64,000 bases of DNA from Cetorhinus maximus (Eukaryota). Under the pieces are notes generated by a model. The model saw only the letters and a program-made list of their open reading frames with translations. It had not been told where the DNA came from and did not search any database. How positions within the stretch are numbered: position 1 is the stretch's first letter; each line of letters starts with the position of its first letter. The stretch is taken from assembly GCF_964194155.1 (NCBI RefSeq), contig NC_135891.1, forward strand, positions 110,856,001-110,920,000, given 5' to 3'. The position numbers and the translations under genes are program-made. Shown in pieces: positions 25,957-37,475 of this stretch.

Positions 25957-27664
25957 TTTCAGTAGTGAAGTTAGAAAACACTTAGGTACACAAAAGGTGG
26001 TAGAAGTTTAGAACTCTCTTCTGCAAAAGGTATTGGATCAATTGTTCATTTCATATCTGAGATTGATAGATTTTTGTTAATCAAAGGAAAAAGGGATGTG
26101 GAAGAGGTATGTGGTGTTAGATAGTAGTTACGTAATGTTCTCAGCAAATGGCTGAATAGGCTCGAGAGGCTAAATAGATAACTCGTGATCCTATTTAGAT
26201 GGTATATCCTAAGTCATATCTGTCTGGCCTCAATGCTCATCGTTTTCATAGACGTCAGGATCTCACACTTCAGTGCAACACTGAGGACAGTGTTGCACTG
26301 GTCAGTGGTCCCGTCCCATCTTTCAGACGATATCTGCCTGTACTTTGAGAAAGTCAATTATGTTGGCAGTAGCATTGCAGATTGTATAGAGTAACATCTT
26401 TCATTTGCTCAAGGTCTTATTTTGTGTTTGTTCTATTCACAACTCACGATATGTCAAATAGATTGACACACATGGCTGGAATGTCATGTACCAATTGGCC
26501 CAGCATTTTGTTGTGCATAACTCAATTTCTATAACTTAGCAATAAGGCTAAGCTATGAAAAGCAAGTTATACACATATTTATAAGTTGGATGCTTAAAAA
26601 CGTTATTCTCAAAAAAGTCCCGTAAGTGCAAGTTTTCCCTTTCTTCACTCAAGCTATGTTTAATTTAATTTTTCTAAGACACTAGAGGTTCCATCTGGTA
26701 CCTGTGCATGTCAGAAATTCTGGGGATACAATTGTCAGCATTTGGATTATACAACAACGCCAGGTGGAGTAGCACACCTGAGGACAGGACAACACCGTGC
26801 TACCTGCCAACAACTTAGTCAAGGCCAATACAGAAATAGCTACTTTGGGAAAGAACCAACATCCACAAAGTCATTCCCAACCTGAAGTTAATACATTTGG
26901 GTGAAAAAGCCAGTGATTCGCACCAACTTTAGCAATGCTTCAGAATAAAACTAAAAAATGTTTCAGAAAACTGACAGGAATGAGCCAGGAACAGTTGCAT
27001 TTCTCAGACTCGGGTGGGCTCTGTTCACTATCATGTCCTTATTTCTGTTGTGATTTAAATATCGTAAAACCAACCAATTCTGAACTAGCTACAGATGCAT
27101 ATCTTAAATAGAGTCCTTAATGAAATACACAAAAATCAGTCAGAGGTCAGATCATTTAAACGAAATGTGCTCTCTTTATTTAAACCAGGGGTCATCTGTC
27201 TTTATTTTGCAGTTTATTCTACAGCCATTCTTAAGGGAAATCTACATCTTAAATTAAAAAATAAGTCAGATGTAAATAGTACAAAATTTCTCCTAAAAAT
27301 TGCAACGTCTGTGTTCAAATGTTTCAATTTTAAACATAAAAGTATACTAGGGTAAAACAAAGGCTTAAAGTAACAAATCAAAAAAAAATGAAATCAGGAG
27401 TTATATGGTACAGCAGAATATTTCTCCTAAACCTTGCAACACTCAGAGCACAAAGAGGTCATTTGTGCTGTTGGGAAGAGGAGAATAAATTTTTTCAAAA
27501 ATGCAGTCCAAAGCCCACAGCGTATCCTTCAAACTCCTTTTAAATTTTTTTTGTTGTTTTTGTAATATAATCAAGTGATTGTCACAAAAGAGTCACAAAA
27601 TTAAGGAATTCCTGGTCAAGTTTACACCAGAATATACTCCTTTATTTTTTTCCCTGCCATGGTT

Positions 27665-30020
27665 TTAACGCCTGTAAGGATGGAACCCCTGAGCATTGTG
27701 GTTCTGACCGCGGGCAAATCCACCCGGTGCAGATGGTGGAGCCCCTGGAGGCGCTGGTGCCGAGGGTCCTCCATATGAGGGAGCTGGCTGATTTGGATCC
27801 GAGAAACCTGGGGCCTGGCCAAAACCACTCATATCTTGCCCATAACCTATTAAACAAATAGAACAGAAAAGTTATGACTGTTTAGAGGAAAGATGCAAAC
27901 TAAAGTCAGCATTAACTATACAGAAAGCAACTTGTGAAAAATCAAACTTAATTTTGCATAGTTAGATCATCCTTGTACCAGCACAACAAATATTCAACTG
28001 ATTTAGCATTACTCTCCCATTTAAAAGAAAACTGAGCAAGGACTACATCCTACTTAAACTACTCATCTTTGAAGCAAGGCAATTCAAAGTCTATGCAACA
28101 CCTACCTGCTGCACTATATCCCTGCTCAGCCTGACCGTAAGTCTGAGAAGGATGCGTGGGTCTGTAGCCTGAAGGATCCTGAGGATAGTTACCCATGCCT
28201 ATTAGGGAGATGAGGAAACCAGGATGACTACCTCAGTAAGCCTGAGCCTGCTTCAATTCACGGCATAGATGCATCAGGTCACCAGCGGTATAGGGATGCA
28301 CAGAAATGCCAATGAAATAGAAATGCATTTAAGCAGACGTTTGGTCAATCTGATATTCCACATAGGAAAATTGTGGCAACGAACTATATCAATATATAAA
28401 ATTAAAACAAACTGTGCCTAAGTTAGCAATAGGGATTGCGCCCCATGGACAAGAACCTTTAGTGAATGTAGTACAGCCTGTAGAAAAGGTACTGAGCTGC
28501 ACAGTGTATTTGGATACAGGGAGAGAACAAACCAAAATAGCGATTAAATGAGCAGAGGTTATTTTAGTGAATTACATGCTTTGGTTCAGCTACATCCAAA
28601 TGAGTAAATAAATTTAAAAATCTGAATGCATTGCCAGATAAAGCAAATATCACAGCACCTTTCTTCAAGGGCTCTGTTATATTAGTTTTAAAATACAAAC
28701 TTTTAAAACTAACCATTACTAACAAAATAATCAGAAGTTGACACCTGAATATTGTCATTTGCAATTGCCAATTTAACATGGAGTCTTTTTCATAGGTTGA
28801 AGCCCTTGATAAATCACTATTTTCTTTTTTAAATGGCCCCGTTCCAATTTATTCAGATCCTGGAAATCTTACAGCAATTTTCCACCTCAAAAAATATAAT
28901 CTGGCTGAAGCAGAAACTCTGCTTACTCAAGAGACGGGAAGTCAGGTTTTACATCTAGAACAAAAAGCAAGGAGCTGCATTTAGCCAGGTAAGAGAGGAA
29001 GCAGACGGACCCAGGTTAAGATTCAGATCAAGAACAGTAGAGAGACCAACAGCTGGGTTAGAAACTCTGACATTCAAAGATACAACATTTTTTTTGACGG
29101 GGTGGTAAAGGGAGGAACAGACAAAAGTAGAAATCAGGAGACATGGAATTGAAAACTACAACACTGCATTGATGTAAAAAAATGTGAACGACTACTTATC
29201 ATGTAAGCTTATGTTTTTTGCTAGTAATTTTCCCCTTGTAGGTTATGTCTCTGCTCTGTCCCTAACAGGAGATCTCACATCCATGAACAGTTATGAAATG
29301 CTAGAAAGGGATGATCTAATTCAACCCACCATTCTTTACCTCCTTGTCTTCTTACTTCAAAAATATGCATTGAAGGGGGTTGTGTTCTTTTCTAATCCTA
29401 CAGCACCTCAAAATCCTACACTACTTGTTACCTACCATACTGGTTGTACCCAGGGAATTCGGGCTATCCAACAGGTGGTTTGCTCATGTCCTGAGGTGTC
29501 TGTGTTGCTGGTGGACAGCCCACCTGTCCTGCTCCTGGTGTGGCAGGGAGTGCTGGTATTCCAAGTAAACACATGTATTGATATATGAATTTCATCAAAA
29601 ACATTGCTTTGACCAGACACCCCAATATTTTTGATATGTTTGCAATGTGACAGGCAACCTTTTTCCTCCATACTTCCAACTCAAAATCCTACAACATATA
29701 GCCTAAAACTTGCTTATTTTTCCTTGTTCTGCAGAAATGAAAGATTAAAAACATACCATATTGTGGAGGTGCACCAAAACCCTGAGGTGGTGCAAATCCT
29801 CCTGGAGGCGGCTGTGGAACTACATAGGGATTAAAGTGAGGAGGCTGCGGAGGGGCTCCTGGAGGCAGCAGCAGCCCATACCCCTCTGAAAAACACAAAT
29901 AAACAGCCAAAGATGTAAAGAGAGTGTGTTTTCCCCTCAAGCGTGATACCAAGCATTATTCATATTAGCTTTAAAAAAAATGAAACTTACCCATTGATGG
30001 ACCAGGTGACATCCACATAC
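27665..30020 (-). pseudogene. DAZAP1: DAZAP1 3' fragment, unit 1 (5'-truncated duplicate)
   Basis: Exons: 29991-30020 (GMWMSPGPSMG); 29757-29885 (21 nt shorter, in frame, than the unit-2 copy); 29436-29563 (acceptor and 5' part deleted); 28106-28198; and an intact last exon 27665-27846 ending GQNHNAQGFHPYRR-stop. No RRM exons lie upstream within the unit. Confidence 0.85.
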
Positions 30021-31095
30021 CTGAAAAACATACAATACTTAAAACCAAGCCAGCGTTCATTTACTATAATTATTCCTCAAAGGTCTGAAGGGACGTTGTT
30101 ATAACTGGCACTAAATATAAAATAATCTACATTCAAACCAGTTTAATAGTTTGTGCTAATTCATAAACACCTATTTAGACAATCCAATCTGCAGAAATTC
30201 TAAAGTAACAGTGTTTCAGCTGAATCACAATATCCTGAAGCACAACAGCAACAGGATGCTTGGAACAGCTCAAGTTATTTTATGCCTTTTTTGACGCCTC
30301 ACTCATCTGTATTAAAGGATTAAGTGGGCAACACAAAAGGCAACACTCTTTCCATCTGCTATGCCACACCACATAAACAATGGTAGCTTTGTCAAAATTA
30401 TGATTGTTCACATTTAATGTTAAAAGTACCACACAGCCATCTAATTTCTACTGATTAAAAAAAATGCAACATTTTTTCTATATTGGTTAACACACAGCCA
30501 CTGAGCAACTTGGATGACAGAGACAAGAGAAAAAGCAGTAGAAAGAAGAGACCTGATAACTTTGCATTTCTCACTTCCTAAATCATTTAATTTAACAGGA
30601 ATTGCCACACCATTAAAAATAATTTAACAACCCAACCGCTCCAATGTTGTTCACAGAGGCAAACAGCCTCTTTCAGGAGAAGTTCAACCACCACATGCAA
30701 AAAGGAATTTCTTGCATCCCTTGCTAAATGACACCCAGGTTAGTATGCAAGAATCAGAGCATCATTCACATGATGTTCCATTACTTTGTGCACACAGGGA
30801 GTCGTTCAGAGCAAACCTGCAATTCTTTGCCCCAAGGCAGTGTTGAGGACCCAAGCAAGGCCACTGTAACATACAATAAGGGGATCTGAGCCAAAGATCA
30901 AAGGAGGGAAGGAGGGGCTTCAGCAATGCAGTAGATTATGCATGATAAATATATTCATACAAAAAATCTTTAGGTTCCAGCCTACTGCAATGGGAAGTGA
31001 GAAAGATACCAAGTTCCAGATCTGAAAAATAATCACTTTAAGTCAAGCAATACTGGAATTTATTTTATTTGCACAACGTTTCCATCGTATACTAT

Positions 31096-31195
31096 TTACT
31101 TCAGAGGAGTGAGCGGCTCAGATACCAGGTCTGCCGTGCTTCACAGGCTTGTAGGTGATAGAGAACTCTCCGAGATAACTGCCAATAATTTCAGG
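31096..31195 (-). pseudogene. RPS15: Orphan RPS15 exon 4 (unit 2), with in-frame TGA and a 14-nt deletion
   Basis: [25 protein letters not shown]-stop; 100 nt versus 114 nt. Flanking intron-3 sequence extends to ~32990; exons 1-3 are absent. Confidence 0.9.
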
Positions 31196-33325
31196 CTGAA
31201 AAAGAAAAAAAGTCATAAAATTAACCAAAGAATTCCATACATTGTAAATTAATCTCCGCAATTACATCAGGGAGTTCAAGACATAGCTGAACTGGGCTAA
31301 CATCCAATGTTATTTCCATTAAAAAAAAGATCAGGTTAGGAGGAAAACTGTTTTAATATAAAAATATTAATGTACTAAACACTAATGTAAGTGTTTAGTT
31401 AGGTAAATGAAATAACTTATCCTGGACTAATGAAGATGGAAAGTGCTTTACCACCCATCTGCTCTGCTTAACATGACATTTTACAGTTTGTGAAACTTTC
31501 ATTGCAAAGGTAAGTGAAAACAAACTTTTTCTTTTAACTAGCAGCTTAAGTGCGGGAGAAATTGCTTTCAACACAGGGTACATTCAACACTAGAATACAA
31601 ATATCTCATTTGCCAATAAAGGACTGGAAATTTAAACGAAACGATGAAGAGGTCCTGCCGCCCCTTTATTTACCTTCATTTTAAATAAATACGTGGGCCT
31701 CATTCCCATTTCATAAACCCGCTGCACAACTCAGTTGTGTGGAAGTTTGTATATTAGTGACAATGAAACGGTCTTGTTTTGTTACTGTCACTGGCATTGT
31801 GAAATACACACATTGCTTTTACACAAGAGTAAACTAAATCGCTACCCAGCGGCCTGTTTTGCCATCTAAATAAGTCATTGAGGAAAGAGGTTTTACACTG
31901 GAATGAATGTCTGGTGTCAAAAGCCACTTATCAGTGCTCCACAATAAAAGCAACTGGCAAAGATCAAGAGGGATTCAATTCCAATTTTTTGTAGGCAAGA
32001 TATAACTCCTTCACATTGCACTACCCAGTGGCAGATTAGAGAATAACACCAGCAACAGCTCCACACAGTGGTAACCTTGCCCATGCTGTAGTTCTGCAAA
32101 AACGGCCAGAGTTTCACCTAGGCAGCTCTCTTCATCACAGCAACAGAATACTACATCACAGATTGGGGCAGCCATCCCATCAAACCTGTAGCTATAATTT
32201 TTTTCCATATGCCACCAAGACATTCTCCATACCTTATTACCACCAACTATTTTTTATTTCCTTTTAAAGTACATGCTGGATTTTAATAATTGTTTGCAGC
32301 ATAGAATTCCACAATGGTCAGATTTCAGTCTATCCATTATCAGATTTCTAAATTAGTGTCATTTCTGCTGGCGTATACCAATAAAAACAAAGCTTTTACT
32401 GCAATGATCTGCCACTTTCTTTTGGTTAGCTGCACTGTCATAGCTTTGCAGAAATCTCCATAGGTAGTCAGCTTCCAGTGGGCCTTAATCGTTGCATGTA
32501 CCACATGGAAATTTTAAAAACCACTGGTGTAGATTGACCAATGCCTTGGGCAAAGTCAAGCATGATGTCCATAAAAACAATAAATTGTTAAACAGACTTT
32601 AAAAATGGGCATTTTTGGAACGTAAGCATCGCTAGCAAGGTCAGCATTTATTGCCCAATCCAAATTATCCACGAGAAAGTGATGATGAGCATTCACCTTG
32701 AATTGCAGCAGATTAAAAGATTCTCCCACAGCGCTATTACTTAAGAGTTCCAGGATTTTGACCCAGCGACAATCAATGAACAGCAATAAAGGTCTACAAT
32801 GTGACCAGCAGAGAAAACTGGAGGCAATGGTGTTCCCATGTGTCTGCAGTCCTCCCTATGTCCTTCTGGATGGCAGAATTCACATCTTTGCGAGGTGCTG
32901 CCAAAGAAGCTTTGGTGAGCTGTTGTAGTGCATGCTGTAGATGGTGTACACAGTAGCCACGGTCCACCAGTGTTGATGGGAATGACTGTTTAGATAAATT
33001 GGCATATTAGAAATGTCTAACTTGATTGTGTAGCATTATGACGACTTGAGAAGCCAGACAGATCCTCTGATGTTGATGTTAGTATGCAAGTTAAGAGACA
33101 GAAAGGGTCCAAGGCATGATCCTTGCAAAACTTCAGCATCACCATACAACTCTAAACCCACATACATTTTCCAGGTGTCAAAATCAGCTTGTCCAAATTT
33201 TTCCCCATTCAAGTCGTGGCAATGTTTCATGGGAACAAGGCTGTAATTATGGATGTAATTACAGTGAATAAGGACAATGAATAGGAGGTTCAACTGTCCT
33301 ATAAAAGATTGAGAAGGAGAGCTTT

Positions 33326-34276
33326 TGTGTGGGTCCGTAGCCTGAAGGATCCTGGGGATAGTTACCCATGCTTATTAGGGAGATAAGGAAACCAGGATGA
33401 CTTCCCCAGTAAGCGTGAGCCTGTTTCACTCCGCGGCATAAATGCATTAGGTCACCGGTAGTATATGGATGCACAGAAATGCCAGTGAAATAGAAATACA
33501 TTTAAGCAGATGTTTGGTCAATTTGTTATTCTATATAGGTAAATTGTGGCAACAAGCTATCAATATATAAAATTAAAGCAAACTGTGTCTAAGTTAGCAA
33601 TAGGGATTGCCCCATGGACAAGAATCTTTAGCGAATGTAGTACAGCCTATAGAAAAAGGTACTGAGCTGCTGTGTATTTGAATATAGGGAGATAACAAAC
33701 GTGCACCCTATAACTGATTAAACGAGCAGAGATTGTTTTAGTGAATTACATGCTTGGGTTCAGCTACTTCCAAATGAGTAAGTAAATAAATAAATAAATA
33801 ATCTGAATACATTGCCATATGAAGCAAATATCAGGCATCTTTCTTCAAGGGCTCCGTTGTATTAGTTTTAAAATACAATTTTTTAAAAAACTGAACATTA
33901 CTACCAACATAATCATGAGTTGACAACTGAATATTGTCATTTCTATTTGATGATGTAACATGGAGTCTTTTTCATAGATTGAAGCCCTTACCATATTGTG
34001 GAGGTGCACCAAAACCCTGTCCAAATCCCTGAGGTGGGGCAAATCCTCCTGGAGGCGGCTGTGGAACTACATAGGGATTAAAGTGGGGAGGCTGAGAAGG
34101 GGCACCCCTCCCTCCTGGAGGCGGCAACAGCCCATACCCCCCTGAAAAACACAAATAAACAGCCAAAGATGTAAAGAGAGAGTTTGTTTTCCCTTCAAGC
34201 GTGATACCAAGCATTATTCATATTAGCTTTTTAAAAAAAAACTTACCCATTCATTGACCAGGTGACATCCACATAC
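33326..34276 (-). pseudogene. DAZAP1: DAZAP1 3' fragment, unit 2 (collapsed)
   Basis: Micro-exon 34247-34276 has an in-frame TGA. Exon 33992-34141 (GYGLLPPPGGRGAPSQPPHFNPYVVPQPPPGGFAPPQGFGQGFGAPPQYG) is present. The next exon is deleted, the cassette exon is truncated at ~33326 and the last exon is missing. Confidence 0.85.
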
Positions 34277-35356
34277 CTGAAAAACATACAATACTTAAAA
34301 CCAAGCCAGCGTTCATTTACTATAATTATTCCTCAAAGGTCTGAAGGGACGTTGTTATAACTGGCACTAAATATAAAATAATCTACATTCAAACCAGTTT
34401 AATAGTTTGTGCTAATTCATAAACACCTATTTAGACAATCCAATCTGCAGAAATTCTAAAGTAACAGTGTTTCAGCTGAATCACAATATCCTGAAGCACA
34501 ACAGCAACAGGATGCTTGGAACAGCTCAAGTTATTTTATGCCTTTTTTGACGCCTCACTCATCTGTATTAAAGGATTAAGTGGGCAACACAAAAGGCAAC
34601 ACTCTTTCCATCTGCTATGCAACACCACATAAACAATGGTAGCTTTGTCAAAATTATGATTGTTTGCATTTAATACTCAAAGTACCTCACAGCCAGCTAA
34701 TTTCTGCTGAGTAAACAAATGCAGCATTTTTTCTATATTGGTTAACACACAGACACTGAACATCTTGGATGACAGTGACAAGAGTAAAAGCAGTAGAATC
34801 AAGGAATCCGATAAATTTTCTATTTCTCACTTCCTAATCATTTCATTTCTTAAGAGCGATTGTCACACGATTAAAAATAATTTAACAACTCAACCGCTCT
34901 AATGTTGCTCACAGAGGCAATCAGCCTCTTTCAGTTGAAGTTCAACCTCCACACGCAAAAAGGAATTTCTTGCACCCACTTGGTAAATGACACCCAGATT
35001 AGTCTCCAAGAAACCAAGCAGCATTCACATGGTGTGCCATTACTTTTTGCACACGGAGTTGTTGTGAGCAAACATGCAATTTTTTGCCCCAAGGCAGTGT
35101 TGAGAACCTAAGCAAGGCCACTGTAACAAAAAGGGAAAGGGCTTCTGAGCCAAAGATCAAAGGAGGGAAGGAGGAGCTTCAGCAATGCAGTAGATTATGC
35201 ATGATACATATATTCATACAAAATATCTTTAGGTTCCAGCCTATTGCAAAAAGGAGTGAGAAAGCTACTTAGTTCCGGATCTGGAAAAAATAAGCACCAA
35301 GTCAATTGGTACTGGAATTAATTTTATTACACAATATTTCCAACGTATAATGTTTA

Positions 35357-35458
<102 letters not shown>

Positions 35459-37146
35459 TCATTTCAGACTGAAAAAGGAAAAAAAAAAGACAAAAATCAA
35501 CCAACGAGTTCCATACATTATAAATTAATCTTCACAATTATAGACACAGCTGGACTGGGCCAACATCCAATGTTCTTTCTGTTAAAAAAAAGGGATCCAT
35601 CAGGTTAAGAGGAAAACTGTTTCAATATCAAGATATTAATGTACTAAACATAGTTGTGATTTGCAAACATTCTTTCACCTTGCCAATGTGCAACAAAACG
35701 AAACAAAATTAAATTGCTGCTCAATCTCTCCCTCTTTTCTAAGGAGGACCCATATGCCACCAGTGTTTAAAGCAGCTATAACATTGGCTTCAGAAATGAG
35801 ACGGCACTATGAACTGGACACGAGGGAAATGCAGAGGCAGCAGAAATGTAAAAGCCAGTAATTATGTTAGTCATATGTGACAAATATAAAATCCCACAAA
35901 TTAGGTTAAAAAATTATGCAGTCATAATTGGGTATTGTTTAGTTAGGTGAATGAAATAACTTCTCCTGGACTAATGAAGGTAGAAAGTGCTTTACTACCC
36001 ATCTGCTCTGCTTGACATGACATTTTACAGTTTGTGAAACTTTCATTCCAGAGGTAAGTGAAAAAAAATGTTTTTTCTTTTAAATAGCAGCTTAGGTGAG
36101 GGAGAAATTGCTTTCAACACAGGGTACATCTACACTAGAATACAAATATCTCCTTTGCCAATAAAGGAATGAGGTATTTTGTTCAGCATCCAAGGTGCTG
36201 GCCCACTCAGTACAGATCAACTGAAGTTGATCAACGCTCCCTACTGACTGTAGGGATCAAAATGAGCTGTCAGGTACAAGCTTTAAACGTCAAACGGGAG
36301 GACTGGAAATTTAAACGAAATGATGGAGAGGTCAAAACACCCCTTTATTTACCTTCATTTTAAACAAATACAATGTGGGCCTCATCCCCATTTCATAAAC
36401 CCGCTGCACAACTCAGTTTTGTGTGGTTTATATATTAGTGAGGATAAAACGGTCTTGTTTTCAGTTACTGTCACCCGCATTGTTGAAATACGCACATTGC
36501 TTTTACGCAAGCATAAACTAAGTCGCTACCCAGCAGCCTGTTTTGCCATCTAAATAAGTCATGAGGAAAGAGGTTTTATACTGTAATGCACGTCTCTGGT
36601 GTTAAAAGCCACTTATCAGTGCTCCACACTAAAAGCAACTAGCAAAGATCAATTTTTTGTAGGCAAGATATAACTCCTTCACATTGCACTACCCAGTGGC
36701 AATTTAGAGGATAACACCAGCAACAGCTCCACACAGTGGTAACCTTGCCCATGCTGTAGGTCTGCAAAAAAAGTCCCAAGAGTTTCATCTAGGCAGCTCT
36801 CCCCATCACAGCAACAGAATGCTACATCACAGATTGGGGCAGCCATCCCATCAAACCTGTACCTATAATTTTTTTTCCATATGCCACCAAGACATGCTCT
36901 GTACCTTATTACCACCAACTTTTTTTATTTTGGAGGTGCTGCCAAAGAAGCTTTGGTGAGCTGTTGGTAGTGCATGCTGTAGATGGTGTACACAGCAGCC
37001 ACGGTCCACCAGTGGTGAATGGAATGATTGTTTAGACACATTTTGACATATTATAAACCTCCAATTTGATCTGCATCAATTTGCAAGGCAGCCTTTTCAG
37101 GTTGGGGAGGGTTTTGGCCAGATACACAATATCTGAGCCGAATAAG

Positions 37147-37475
37147 GGGAGGCGGTGGCATAGTGCTATTCTCACTAGCCTAGTATTTCAGAGACCCAGG
37201 TTCGAAGCCCACCACGGCAGATGGTGGAATTTAAGTCCAATAAATATCTGGAATTAAAAGTCTAATGACAAACATGAATCCATTGTTGAATGTTTTAAAA
37301 ACCCATCTGGTTCACTAATGTCCTTTAGGGAAGGAAATCTGCCATCCTTACCTGGTCTGGCCTACATGTGACTCCAGATCCACGGCTATGTGGTTGACGC
37401 TTAAATGCAATTAGGGATAGGCAATAATTGCTGGCCTAGCCAGTGATGCCCATATGCCATGAACAAATTTTTAAA
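37147..37475 (+). mobile_element. tRNA-derived SINE (HE1-like) sharing its 3' tail with the LINE at 9850-10495
   Basis: Box A-like TGGCATAGTG, box B GGTTCGAAGCC, and tail GCAATTAGGGATAGGCAATAATTGCTGGCCTAGCCAGTGATGCC. Further partial copies occur, e.g. ~15570-15785, ~37640-38035, ~24290-24610 and ~55975-56330. Confidence 0.7.

Noticed and set aside
27095-27355. 86-aa ORF repeated identically at 60371-60631
   Set aside because: It is antisense to the DAZAP1 3' UTR. Its identity reflects the near-identical duplicated tract, not coding constraint.
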